From Octopus bimaculoides (taxonomy: Eukaryota): DNA of 37,944 nucleotides. Location: positions 12,897,879 through 12,935,822 of the forward strand of contig NC_068981.1 of NCBI RefSeq assembly GCF_001194135.2, read 5' to 3'. Position numbers and translations under genes: made by a program. The notes below the pieces were generated by a model. It saw only the letters and a list, made by a program, of their open reading frames with translations. It did not search any database and was not told the DNA's origin. Positions 9,755-23,212 of the stretch are shown here, piece after piece. Within the stretch, counting starts at the first letter, position 1. The number at the start of each line of letters is the position of its first letter.

Positions 9755-12700
9755 NNNNNNNNNNNNNNNNNNNNNNNNNNNNNNNNNNNNNNNNNNNNNN
9801 NNNNNNNNNNNNNNNNNNNNNNNNNNNNNNNNNNNNNNNNNNNNNNNNNNNNNNNNNNNNNNNNNNNNNNNNNNNNNNNNNNNNNNNNNNNNNNNNNNNN
9901 NNNNNNNNNNNNNNNNNNNNNNNNNNNNNNNNNNNNNNNNNNNNNNNNNNNNNNNNNNNNNNNNNNNNNNNNNNNNNNNNNNNNNNNNNNNNNNNNNNNN
10001 NNNNNNNNNNNNNNNNNNNNNNNNNNNNNNNNNNNNNNNNNNNNNNNNNNNNNNNNNNNNNNNNNNNNNNNNNNNNNNNNNNNNNNNNNNNNNNNNNNNN
10101 NNNNNNNNNNNNNNNNNNNNNNNNNNNNNNNNNNNNNNNNNNNNNNNNNNNNNNNNNNNNNNNNNNNNNNNNNNNNNNNNNNNNNNNNNNNNNNNNNNNN
10201 NNNNNNNNNNNNNNNNNNNNNNNNNNNNNNNNNNNNNNNNNNNNNNNNNNNNNNNTATATATATACATAAAATTATTAAAATTAACATTAATATGCATGA
10301 ATATTTGTCGACATAACATTATCAAATTAATCCAAATTGGTGAAATACTAACTGAACAACTAAAAAAAATTAGCTATTAAAAAAGCACTAACAAAAAGAA
10401 ACGCCAAACCAAGTTTTGTTTTAGATTTTTATTCTTTCAGCCAAGAGTGACGCTATTGAATAACTAATTTTGTTTATGAAAAAATAACATTTTTCGATAC
10501 TTTTTGACAATTTGAAATCTACATAAAAAAATCTAACATAGACAACGAGTATATATCTACTAAAATGGATGACGTGACTGGGTGTCTAAATAACAAAAAC
10601 TGCTGACAAGTATTCTACGTTATGCTTAATAGGTAACTAAAGAATACATGCTACAGATCATAATTCTATGTAATGCATAATAGAAACTTATATAATTTAC
10701 GTCGCAATAAATAATTACCTATCTATTTATTTAATATAATAAACCCTTCTATGGGAATTAATGTTATTTCACAATAACTGAAGAATTATGGTATACATAA
10801 TTCTTATAAATTCAATTATGCGTTTGTAACCCACCTACAGATCACCAAAATATTTTTATGGTCATAAAAAATATTTTCGATGAAAAATGCTTGATTAGGA
10901 TTAGACATTACTCCGGATTTCAGGCTGATTTAAACAAATATATATATAGCAAAGATAGATTGCTATGTGTTTTTTCACTAACAAACTTCAAAAAAAAACA
11001 TATTTCTCAAATATTTACTTCATTATATTTTGACAGTGCAATTTCTTTGCATCATTAATCGTTGAAAATTTCTATTCTAACACACACACACATACACACA
11101 CATTCACACACACATAGTAACACAAACACATACTTACATATATGACTTATATTCAGGATCTAATAGAATCGAGGTATTTCAATAGCAAGGACAGCAAGGC
11201 AGAGTCAAGGACAGCAAGACAAAATCAAGAACAGTATACCCGAGTACCAATCGTGAATAGAGATACTCATATACCTCCTAATGCATACACTGTTTTGCCA
11301 CTCCAGTTACGTATACATTCGCATGCATAATCGAAATACACTTAACGTATACTTTTTTCCAGGTATGAGAATACTCCAGCAGGCAATCTACGGTCTACTT
11401 AGGCTCAGGGTCCACTGCACTCAAAATGCGAGTGCGGTGCGGTTTAAATAATAGCAGGAGATGAGCTTCACTACAGCTGTTTCAGACATATTTTATTCTA
11501 ACTGATGAACAAACCAATTGCATCATGTAAAAAACGCCGATTTTTCTATAAGTGAATTAAAATTAAAATAAAATTTAACATATAAGATTGGTCACACTAT
11601 ATGTATAGGATGCATATTCATTCCATAATGTTAGTACCGGATGAAAGGGTGAATCCTGAGAATGCTATGTATATAAAACTATGCACAATATATTAGAAAA
11701 ATCTATTTCTGATTTCCAATTTTATTCTTATTCTTTAATTTTCGAATTTCATTTCTAACTATTTGATAAGATGGGCATACCCATTGAAACCATGAATATT
11801 ATATGAAAGTCTGTCACTGAAAAAATATAAAACATTCTTTAAACATACTTTTGTGATGTATCAACCTTTATTTCTAACTATAAAGTTTGGTTTGTATGGA
11901 TTTTTAACCATTTTTCCAACTATATATACACATACATACTTATACGGACATACATACAGATACACTCACGCAAACACTCTTATATGTACGCATGCATATG
12001 TGTATAATATAGACAAACACACACACACACATATATATACATATATATATATATATGAGTGTATATATATAATTTACAAAGGTACCGTTAATTCTATTAT
12101 TATCCAATGTCACTAATTTAAGAATGATAATAACAGAATCAATGATACATGTGACTGCAGGCCAAAAATTGCATTTAAAAAAGTCGAGGGNNNNNNNNNN
12201 NNNNNNNNNNNNNNNNNNNNNNNNNNNNNNNNNNNNNNNNNNNNNNNNNNNNNNNNNNNNNNNNNNNNNNNNNNNNNNNNNNNNNNNNNNNNNNNNNNNN
12301 NNNNNNNNNNNNNNNNNNNNNNNNNNNNNNNNNNNNNNNNNNNNNNNNNNNNNNNNNNNNNNNNNNNNNNNNNNNNNNNNNNNNNNNNNNNNNNNNNNNN
12401 NNNNNNNNNNNNNNNNNNNNNNNNNNNNNNNNNNNNNNNNNNNNNNNNNNNNNNNNNNNNNNNNNNNNNNNNNNNNNNNNNNNNNNNNNNNNNNNNNNNN
12501 NNNNNNNNNNNNNNNNNNNNNNNNNNNNNNNNNNNNNNNNNNNNNNNNNNNNNNNNNNNNNNNNNNNNNNNNNNNNNNNNNNNNNNNNNNNNNNNNNNNN
12601 NNNNNNNNNNNNNNNNNNNNNNNNNNNNNTATATATATGTATATATATAATTCAATTTCGGTGTGTGTTGAGGTCCATTATTTGATAAATGAAAAAAAAA

Positions 12701-13330
12701 ACATTTAAACAAACGATGTAACGTACACTAGATGTAAAAACGAACGGGAGACAAACAGAAGGTCCGCAATTCTTCATCAGTTGTCGACCATTTGGTACTC
12801 TTCAATTTTGCACCTTTAATGATAACACTGAGTGCTTTCCAATTGGCAGCGCCCGCATGCAAATTTTTTCCTTGCAAGGAATTAGGGACAAGAGCAAACA
12901 AAAGAAAACAAAACAAAACGACACTTCTATTCTAGCCTTTCTACCTACTCCTTTTTTCTGTCTCCCTTTTGTATTCCTAGCCTTTCTTCTGCCCCTTCAT
13001 TCCTTTCCCTTTTTCCTGTCACTCCTTCTCTATGCTGTTTTTCTCGTTTGCCTGCTCCTATCACGTGACCAGCGGCTAGTTTCCTTTTATCTTCCTTTCT
13101 TCTTCTCTTACGCTGACCAGTCACAAATTCTCTGTCTTTCCGTTGTTCATCCTTCAGGATATTTTCTAAGCGTTACCCGCTATGCTCGTTTCTGCAGCCC
13201 CAAGGGCATATTTTGTTCGATTGTACATCTTATATAATCTGAAAAGGGAGGTCGACAAAATTAACTAAATTAGCACAGAATAATGGTTTCGTATTCTTTA
13301 TAATCAAGATCTAAACTGTTAATATATATA

Positions 13331-13362
13331 TAGCTGTAAACCTACTTTTGGGCCACCCTGTA
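13331..13362. mobile_element. Solo Tc1/mariner-type terminal inverted repeat followed by TA
   Basis: Reverse complement reads TA|CAGGGTGGCCCAAAAGTAGGTTTACAG, resembling Tc1/mariner TIR starts. The partner TIR is not visible and may lie in the gap at 12191-12630. Confidence 0.45.
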
Positions 13363-14220
13363 TCATGTGGATAGGATTATTGTTAAATTAAGAAATGGTT
13401 ATAATCCAAGCTGTGTCCTTTAAAGCACATATTTTTATTCTAGTTCTCCAAAATTGAATGTAAATGTTATATTTGTGTGAGGTATGCATTATAGTCGAAA
13501 AACAATAAAGACTATTTTTTTGCAGAGGAAATACATGTAGAAACAGGAGATTGGAAAACATTTTTAATATTACTTATTTACCATTACACGTGTTCCATTT
13601 GCCATGTATTACAGAATTGTGAATGTGGGCAAAACTTTTATGATATCTCATATTAGAAACTCTGCCCACAGTGCAACAAACTATTTATTCAAATAGTCAA
13701 ATAATAAATATTTCATTGTCTGAAGAACTTTATAGATAGGAGATATCTTACCAATTTCTCCTACATATTCCGTTTTGTAAATCCTATTAACGAAACAAGT
13801 GTAATGGTGAATAAATAATGCCAAAAACATTTTCCAATCCACNNNNNNNNNNNNNNNNNNNNNNNNNNNNNNNNNNNNNNNNNNNNNNNNNNNNNNNNNN
13901 NNNNNNNNNNNNNNNNNNNNNNNNNNNNNNNNNNNNNNNNNNNNNNNNNNNNNNNNNNNNNNNNNNNNNNNNNNNNNNNNNNNNNNNNNNNNNNNNNNNN
14001 NNNNNNNNNNNNNNNNNNNNNNNNNNNNNNNNNNNNNNNNNNNNNNNNNNNNNNNNNNNNNNNNNNNNNNNNNNNNNNNNNNNNNNNNNNNNNNNNNNNN
14101 NNNNNNNNNNNNNNNNNNNNNNNNNNNNNNNNNNNNNNNNNNNNNNNNNNNNNNNNNNNNNNNNNNNNNNNNNNNNNNNNNNNNNNNNNNNNNNNNNNNN
14201 NNNNNNNNNNNNNNNNNNTA

Positions 14221-14259
<39 letters not shown>

Positions 14260-17200
14260 CTCTGTTCATATGTATGTATCTCTGTACAAAAGAATCGAAA
14301 GCGAGGTGGAAGATCAAATTAGTTGTTTAAAGACTAATGTTCATGAAAATTGGTAGAAGACTAACATTTCGAACTCAAGCACTTCTACAGAATAATGGTA
14401 CGCTTGCTCTTTTCTGTTTGATTTTATTTATTCTTCTAATCTATCTTTTCTGTAGAAGATCGTAACCGTGAGACTAGAAGGATTTGTACTATTGTCGGGA
14501 TCGTCACTCTAATGCACCCAGATTGCTCAATATATATATTTTTGTTACCTTGTATGAATTTTTTTTTATTCATTGTTTGAAGAAATATCTCATATATGCT
14601 CATACGGCCTCTCCACTTCGATCCACTCTGACAAAATGTCCGCCTCTGTCATCTTCATTTTGAGCCCCTTTTCTGATCACTTCCGCTTCTCACTGGCTAC
14701 TTTACCACTATGCTATAATTGGATTACCACAGAAACTGTATTTGGACACCTTTACTCGGATTATTAATATCCTGGATTTTACTGCGCGATCTTGTTGACA
14801 TACAATAATGCATACATACATACACACGTACTATATGTATTTGGCGTGAGAGATTATTTATCGAAAATACGAGTTATCTAGAATTCACCTTATTCCCTCT
14901 TGATCAGCAAGTGCTTCACGTGCTAGGTTCCTTCTACTAGTCTATGGAATTGTAAGGTGCGTGGAGCTGAAACTATCTGTTATAAGATAATACGTCTAAA
15001 TACTATCAAATAAATGTGCTGAGTCTCACTTTCTTTCGTTTGTCCATCCACTGCTCTCTNNNNNNNNNNNNNNNNNNNNNNNNNNNNNNNNNNNNNNNNN
15101 NNNNNNNNNNNNNNNNNNNNNNNNNNNNNNNNNNNNNNNNNNNNNNNNNNNNNNNNNNNNNNNNNNNNNNNNNNNNNNNNNNNNNNNNNNNNNNNNNNNN
15201 NNNNNNNNNNNNNNNNNNNNNNNNNNNNNNNNNNNNNNNNNNNNNNNNNNNNNNNNNNNNNNNNNNNNNNNNNNNNNNNNNNNNNNNNNNNNNNNNNNNN
15301 NNNNNNNNNNNNNNNNNNNNNNNNNNNNNNNNNNNNNNNNNNNNNNNNNNNNNNNNATATATATGCACGAAATACCTTTCCCATCTAACATACATTAGGT
15401 ACCGTAAATTAGAAATTACTCACTCAACTTAAGATTACGTAGTATAGACGCCAGACAAATGGATACTGCAGAATAGTTTTGTTCCTCTCCTTCCTAAAAC
15501 CACAATCATTCTTGGATCTGAAGTATAAATAAATATTCGCATTTCTATACCATTTTTATCCTAAAAAAATAGACTATTACACATTAGTTGACTATTCAAA
15601 CCTGCATGTTTAACTATTTGGCTTCCATAATTTCAGTCAGTTTTGGCATGTAACATTTTATTCTGATTTGTCGGTTTCATGTTACAAACTAGCACCAGTA
15701 AAGCCTCTTGGCACAAGTCTCCAGTGTTAATATGCATTCACATTTCCGTCACGCGATGCATGTATGTTTGTGTTTTTATGTATGATTTTAAAAGGAGATA
15801 AGTCTCTGAATCCCGCGTCATATTTTCCACAGCGGTCTTTATAACATGGCTTCTCTTATAATTTTGTGTGACGCTTTAGATGCATTATCTCTCCCCTAAA
15901 CATCACATCTGCAGAAAATAACAAACCTGCATATATTATGTTCTTTCCTTTTCTCTTGTGGAAACACTTCCACATCAGCATTTATGTATCAGTGAAAGCA
16001 AGATCAATTACATTAAAACAACGGTACCAACTCTGTTTCAGACATTCAGGAGTGGTTTCACACCGACATATTCTCGCACTTCTCAATTTCAAACAATGAC
16101 TGAAATCTTGAATATCAATACATAATCATTCTCAATCTTCAACCTGTCATGCGTTGAATCCTGGAAAAACAAACTATAAAATTACTGGATAATATTAATT
16201 CAAAATTCTGGCGTCGACACTACGCTTGCTGTAGCCAACTTAATGCTGAAAAATGATGTTTTGATGGCAGCCAATAATTTATTAAAATATATATTATATT
16301 CATATAATTTACACATTCTAAGCTTCATAAATTTTGATCATGTTACATGGCAACTGCAAATCAATAAAGTATCCAATTTTACATCGCTTATTTAGCGCAG
16401 AAAATATTTCAGTGCCGAGCAATGACCGACATTGTAAAGCATAAAGTGAGCGAGTATTAGTTAATTAGTTAAAATAATACCCACGTAATTGTAGTGCAAG
16501 TGTTGCTTCACAGACACACATGGAGTATTGCAACACAAATTAATTCTGTTTGTCAGACAGTGTTTTCTCTCCCATCTAACATTTTGTATGATTTCAATTT
16601 GTTGAATTCTCCATTTATCATCTTGTTGCAGTCACATACTAAATGACATGCTAAAACGTATGAAAGAACGAAATATTGGCTTGCACGGCGCTCCATAGAT
16701 CACATGTCAAAGGAGAACAGAAAATCTCATTTAGAGCAATAGGCAGACGTTTCCTTTTCATATGTTTAGAAGTATCGCCTTCCACTCATTCATCTTCTGA
16801 ATATTTTAATGGTTAAGAATGATCACTCATTTGTGAGAAAGCCTGCGATCATTTCAAGAGCAACATCTCCATTATATATCTTTATTTTAAACCTTCGCTC
16901 ATCAGTGAAAGTTTGTCACCATCATGTATAAAATACAAACAATAACATGAATTACAATAATATCCTGAACAAATAAGTATCTTTTCCTGGAAGTGGAAAA
17001 TACCTTTTACCACCAGAGAACTATTACAGAATTTACAATATTTATAAAAGCTGATGTTCTTTGTAAATTGCATTTCAGTCAAGAGGAATATATTCTGAGG
17101 TGACTAGCGTTAGTGTGAATAGTGTCCAAGGTTTGCATTAACGATACACGAATGAAACAGCAGATTGATGGGAAATAATTTATTTTCTATTATTGAAAGA

Positions 17201-19780
17201 AGAGTTACAAAGAAATATCTCTTCTGTTTTTATAACAGCAATATCTGTTCTTTTGAACTATCAAACGTGTAGCCACTATTTTCTCTCGTCTTCTCATTTC
17301 TTTCATTAACATATTTCAGACTAACATACTTGACCGAATATATACTACTTAAAATATAACTCTCAGGGAACATTGCCCAGCTCGCACATTACTTCAAATG
17401 GTCAGCTTCATCAAGATGACTTATCTACAAATGATTATATTAAGTGCTATATGCCTTTGACCATGGAGTATGTGATGAGAATTGAAACAGAAATCGCGTT
17501 TTAATACAAATAAGTGGATTGGCTTATTCTAAATTAAGACTTTTTAATGCATCGTTCAAATGGGGAAAAAAATTAATTAGCGAGAAAAGTATAATCATAG
17601 GTTTATAAAATCAGCATTTTGTCCCAAAAATACAGCTGTGTATTTATTTCTTGATATTCCGAGATTTTAAGCATCGGTAATTATACATAAACGTGCAAAA
17701 TAAGCCTAATATAATGCTTCAACACAAACATATTGAAATTATGTAAATTGCGATGCAGAAATATGCATATTTAAATTCAATATGGATGATTATCACATGT
17801 TAATTTTACCGCAGTAAGATTTACTTTGTTGCTTTGATTTTTTCCAACAAACATATGAGATAGAGGAATCAATGAACAACAGAAACTGATCGTGCGGTAA
17901 TCGATATTGTTAATTAAAATAAGATGTAAAAACAACATAATATATTCTATTGTTATTATAATTCGCAACAGCTTGCAACTTATGTTATTTAATACTTTTT
18001 CACTGACTTTGGAAAAAAGTATTTCCAAGTTTCCTGAAGTAATATATTTTGTATCTCTCGTATTTAGAATTTCAACAGGGTGGGTACAGGATGCGACAGA
18101 GTGACCCTGGTAATATTGGACATGAATCATTCAAGGTGAGTATATTTTTCTACCACACGAAAGAAAGAAGTTTCTCTGCGTTACATTTTTTCATTTCAAG
18201 GTGTAGTAGAATGTGATGGACGTCAAGCAAACACTGCATACCAATTTATTTGAGATAAACATTCCAAACAAACGTATCTTCAAGTGATTGTAAACAAAAA
18301 AATATTTTAAAAATCAATGCCATATGTGAAGTGAAAAGAGCAAAATAAACGAATAGTATTAGAACGAGATATCATTTTCGAAGCAAAAAGATATTTCGAA
18401 GAATTTGTGATCAATAATAATACTGCTCATTGTCAGTTGATTAGTAACAATAGAACTACCATGCTACTGTATATAAAATTGATCAATATGTTTCTTCTGG
18501 AATTAATTCTTTTCAAACAATAGTATTTATAATGATATCATGTGTTCATTGCAAATATACTAGGGAAAGATTAGTATTATTTGAGTGCGTTTTATATTTC
18601 TATGCTGAAAAGTGCTACACAATTCATCATTGTGTATACGCACCATGACAGCAGAAGGATTAGATTTATCATTAATAATTTTAGATAAAATATTACTTGA
18701 AATTAACGAGTGATGAAAGTGAAGTATGTAGCATATAAGAATATATATNNNNNNNNNNNNNNNNNNNNNNNNNNNNNNNNNNNNNNNNNNNNNNNNNNNN
18801 NNNNNNNNNNNNNNNNNNNNNNNNNNNNNNNNNNNNNNNNNNNNNNNNNNNNNNNNNNNNNNNNNNNNNNNNNNNNNNNNNNNNNNNNNNNNNNNNNNNN
18901 NNNNNNNNNNNNNNNNNNNNNNNNNNNNNNNNNNNNNNNNNNNNNNNNNNNNNNNNNNNNNNNNNNNNNNNNNNNNNNNNNNNNNNNNNNNNNNNNNNNN
19001 NNNNNNNNNNNNNNNNNNNNNNNNNNNNNNNNNNNNNNNNNNNNNNNNNNNNNNNNNNNNNNNNNNNNNNNNNNNNNNNNNNNNNNNNNNNNNNNNNNNN
19101 NNNNNNNNNNNNNNNNNNNNNNNNNNNNNNNNNNNNNNNNNNNNNNNNNNNNNNNNNNNNNNNNNNNNNNNNNNNNNNNNNNNNNNNNNNNNNNNNNNNN
19201 NNNNNNNNNNNNNNNNNNNNNNNNNNNNNNNNNNNNNNNNNNNNNNNNNNNNNNNNNNNNNNNNNNNNNNNNNNNNNNNNNNNNNNNNNNNNNNNNNNNN
19301 NNNNNNNNNNNNNNNNNNNNNNNNNNNNNNNNNNNNNNNNNNNNNNNNNNNNNNNNNNNNNNNNNNNNNNNNNNNNNNNNNNNNNNNNNNNNNNNNNNNN
19401 NNNNNNNNNNNNNNNNNNNNNNNNNNNNNNNNNNNNNNNNNNNNNNNNNNNNNNNNNNNNNNNNNNNNNNNNNNNNNNNNNNNNNNNNNNNNNNNNNNNN
19501 NNNNNNNNNNNNNNNNNNNNNNNNNNNNNNNNNNNNNNNNNNNNNNNNNNNNNNNNNNNNNNNNNNNNNNNNNNNNNNNNNNNNNNNNNNNNNNNNNNNN
19601 NNNNNNNNNNNNNNNNNNNNNNNNNNNNNNNNNTATATACAGACACACATACATATATATAATCCCAATGCTATACATAGATATGTCTCAACATTTGTAG
19701 AGATGAGCCACGTTTGGAATAAAGAATTGAAATTCTCCACTTTACCGTCAAACATTCAATTTTAGAGAAGATACTTGATG

Positions 19781-19813
<33 letters not shown>

Positions 19814-19994
19814 TGCGCGCGCACGTTTTTGTGTGTGTGTGTGCGTGCGTGTGCATGTGAGTGTGTGTTTGTAAGGGGAGGATATGTCCATGTTTATACT
19901 GTGTAACTTTGACCACACCTCTTTCAATTCAATGATCTTGCGTTAGAGAACCACGATTATAACGCTTACAACACGTACTGTCTATGCTTTTCTT

Positions 19995-21155
19995 TCAAAC
20001 ATTCAACTTTGGAGAGAAACGTTTGAACAAATGTAGTTCCATTGTTTTTCGGTATTGCGGATCGTCCCGTGCACATTTGTAAAAGGGAGAAAAATAGAAT
20101 TTTCAGACGGCGCATAATTCCAGATGCTTACTTAATGAAATCTTACGTACTTCTTCTTGTCGGATATGTTGCCTGTGGTTTCTTGCACGTTGGCAAAGGG
20201 AATTACTTGTTTCGCTAATGTAATTTTCTTTGCCGTTTGAGCGAGTAATGCAGTATATGAGGTTTTGCGTTTTGCAGGTCATATCTGTGTTTATTTTAAA
20301 AAGGGATCCGCTCTTGAAATTTATGTGGGAACCAATTTCCAAGTATTTGAAGTTGTTGATATTGTTGTATGTTCCACAATTCATATCTCCACATTCTTTC
20401 AGAAAGAGTTCTGTTTCATTCTCTGATTTGAATTCTGCCCTTGTGAGGTGTTTTTTAAAAATTTTTTGGTTGGCGTCTGCTATTCCGTAAGGTGTTTTTT
20501 TCAATCAGAGTTAACATTCCAGGCTTTGTAGGAATATTGGTAAGTTCGATTTTATGGCGTGAAAGATGTTGGTTAGTCCAGGATTCTGTGTGCTAATGAT
20601 CGGAATCGTGTTTTCATTAACCTTTTCCTTAGGTGTCCATAGTTGGGTAATGTTCAGCTTCATCGCGTTTTTAATTCCCTCGTTAATTAATCCTAAGGGA
20701 TATTTCCGCATTTTGAGGATCATTTTGAGTTCATTGAGTCGGATTTTACTTATTTTGGGGTCAGTCACTATAGTACAGATGCGTCTTGACATGCAGTATG
20801 TGATGTTTCTTTTGATGTGTGATGGGTGGCAAGAGTATAAATTTAAATATTGGTGTGTGTCAGTTTTGTTTTTGTAAAATAAATATTCTGTGACTGTGGA
20901 GATCTGTATTTTTATGTGGATATCCAGGAATGGTAGTTTATTGCAAATGGCTTCTGTCGTGAATTTCAAGGATGGATGAAGTGTGTTCAGTATATTGTTA
21001 AATATATTCAGATCTCCATTCCATTTGTCCCAGAAAATGAAGCAATCATCAAGGAAGCGTTTCCACTTTATAATAATATATTGTATTCCTGATCAAAAGC
21101 TTTTTCTACATCCTCATAACATTTTTTTTCCAAGCATCCAATAAACCTATATATA
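19995..21155 (-). pseudogene. Penelope-like retroelement RT-GIY-YIG ORF remnant (disabled)
   Basis: Minus-strand translation: WKRFLDDCFIFW (FLDD at 21045-21056), HPSLKFT, LPFLDI, KTDTHQYL..SCHPSHIKRNI, SRRICTIV, a Cys linker (CGDMNCGTY), GIY-YIG-like NLIYCIT..ENYISET..L.QRARNH, and C-terminal RKTMELHLFKRFSPKLNV* (stop 19995-97). In-frame stops near 20505-20513, frameshifts near 20103 and 21075; the 5' part is lost in the gap. Confidence 0.92.
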
Positions 21156-21663
21156 NNNNNNNNNNNNNNNNNNNNNNNNNNNNNNNNNNNNNNNNNNNNN
21201 NNNNNNNNNNNNNNNNNNNNNNNNNNNNNNNNNNNNNNNNNNNNNNNNNNNNNNNNNNNNNNNNNNNNNNNNNNNNNNNNNNNNNNNNNNNNNNNNNNNN
21301 NNNNNNNNNNNNNNNNNNNNNNNNNNNNNNNNNNNNNNNNNNNNNNNNNNNNNNNNNNNNNNNNNNNNNNAACCGTTACAACCTTTAGTTTTAGTTAATA
21401 CCTAACTGGACCGACACATTTTACGTATCTTTTTCTCATAAGGATAAATATGAATCTCCTAGGTCCTATTCTGCTTTTTCCTTTCTCAAGTCCTTTCTAA
21501 CAAAAATTGTTTATACTTCTTGCACTGAAGAGTACTGAGATATATAATTAATTCAATTTAATTCAATTAAATTAGTTTAATTAATTCTATTTAACCATGA
21601 ATTCTCATGATATTTATATCGCTGTACGCAAAATATACTGCACGAATGAAAATTCTCTTAATC

Positions 21664-22120
21664 TTTTACTCTTTTACTTGTTTCAGTCACTTGAGTCTGG
21701 CCATGCTGGAGCACCGCCTTTAGTCGAGCAAATCGATCCCAGGAGTTTCTCATGGTAAGCCTAGTACTTATTTTATCGGTCTCTTTTGTCGAACTGCTAA
21801 GTTACGGTGACGTAAACACACTAGTATCGGTTGTCAAGCGATATTGGGGGACAAATACAGGCACACAAACATATACTCATATATACATACACACACACAC
21901 ATACACACACACATACACACATATATATATTTGTATAAATATATACATATATATATACGACGGGCTTCTTTTCAGGTTCCGTCTACCAAATCCGGTCACA
22001 AGGTTTTGGTCGGCCCGAGGCTATAGTAGAAAACACTTGCCCAAGGTACCACGCAATGGGACTGAACCCTGGAATTGTGTGGATCGTAATCAAGCTACTT
22101 ACCACACAGCCACTCCACTC
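21664..22120 (-). mobile_element. SINE family A copy 2, apparently full length with internal (CA)/(TA) microsatellite
   Basis: Same head and tail sequences as copy 1, with no insertion. Confidence 0.88.
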
Positions 22121-22371
22121 CTACACCTATGGCTACTTGCCACACAGACACTCCTATGCTTATATATTTTAAAATCTTCTCTCCTGCATTTTTAACAACA
22201 TTTTTGAGTTTTATGTGATTTCTTTCCATAAATTCACAACACACAATATACAAGTGCTATTTTCATATTCGTAACATAAATAAGCTACCAGGAAAATAGG
22301 AAGAGTCAATATTAGAAATCCTATTTTTGGACATCTCCAAATTAAAGGAAAAAATATAGTTCGGCATTTTC

Positions 22372-22385
22372 AACACACACACAGA

Positions 22386-22479
<94 letters not shown>
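22372..22479. repeat. (CA)n microsatellite
   Basis: Directly visible. Confidence 0.98.
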
Positions 22480-22481
<2 letters not shown>

Positions 22482-22614
22482 TAAATAATAATAAAAATTA
22501 TAGGAAATGTAAATATGCTCAGAAAGTAAATTCCTGTAGCTCTGTCAGCAAGAAATTCAATCTAAAAAATAATCTACCTAGTGTGTGATTTTAGATATTC
22601 TATTAAGAATGTTT

Positions 22615-22845
22615 TGGCTTAGTGTTTAGGGCATTTGTCTCCCGATCATATGGGGTGAGTTTGTATCCCGGCACTTTATGTGTGTATGCGTGTATTATAC
22701 TCACACACGCGTAGATACTTATGTCTATGAACATGTATGTATATAAATATACATAAATGTATGAAGGGAGCACAGTATAAAGACGGAAAGTCACGGTGGT
22801 GCTCCAGCATGACCACAGCCACATGACTGAAACACATAAATAAAT
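22615..22845 (+). mobile_element. Degenerate tRNA-derived SINE related to family A
   Basis: A-box-like TGGCTTAGTGTTTAG head, internal TG/TA tract, tail GGTGCTCCAGCATGACCACAGCCACATGACTGAAAC matching the family A tail, then (TAAA)n. Confidence 0.5.
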
Positions 22846-22851
22846 AAATAA

Positions 22852-22886
<35 letters not shown>

Positions 22887-23008
22887 GAGCGTGAGTGATC
22901 GAGAGATAGAGAGAAGGATAGAGAGAAAGAGAGGGAGAGAAATAGGCAGATAGATATTCAACTGCATGTAAGAAATAATGTTGAAATGAAGATGAAGACA
23001 TATTGATT

Positions 23009-23212
23009 TCAAATTTTGGCACAATGTCAGCAATTTAGGGAAAGGATAAGTCGATTTAATCAGCCGAAGGGTTCTACCGGTACTTACTTTATAGATCCCG
23101 AAAAGATGTAAGCAAACTCGACCTCAGTAGAATTTGAACTCAGAAAAGAAAGACAGATGAATTACAATTAAACATTTCGCCCGTCGTGCTAACGATCTTG
23201 TGAGCGCGCTGC
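23009..23212 (-). mobile_element. SINE family B copy 3 (diverged)
   Basis: Reverse complement of the family B core (GGTACTTACTTTATAGATCCCGAAAAGATG, GAATTTGAACTCAGAA, GCTAACGAT). Confidence 0.7.

Noticed and set aside
12745-12785. Minus-strand CTGATGA followed by an AGAA/TTCT stem
   Set aside because: No GAAA box follows the stem (it reads GTTT), so a hammerhead cannot be supported.
14454-14530. Strong acceptor at 14453 and a frame reading RRICTIV, as in the PLE at 20.8 kb
   Set aside because: The 7-residue match is not extended by other PLE motifs, and no convincing donor was found.
22084-22116. tRNA-like A/B boxes here and at 2451-2504, 4103-4190 and 34777-34817
   Set aside because: No cloverleaf can be formed and each continues into repeat bodies; these are SINE heads, not tRNA genes.
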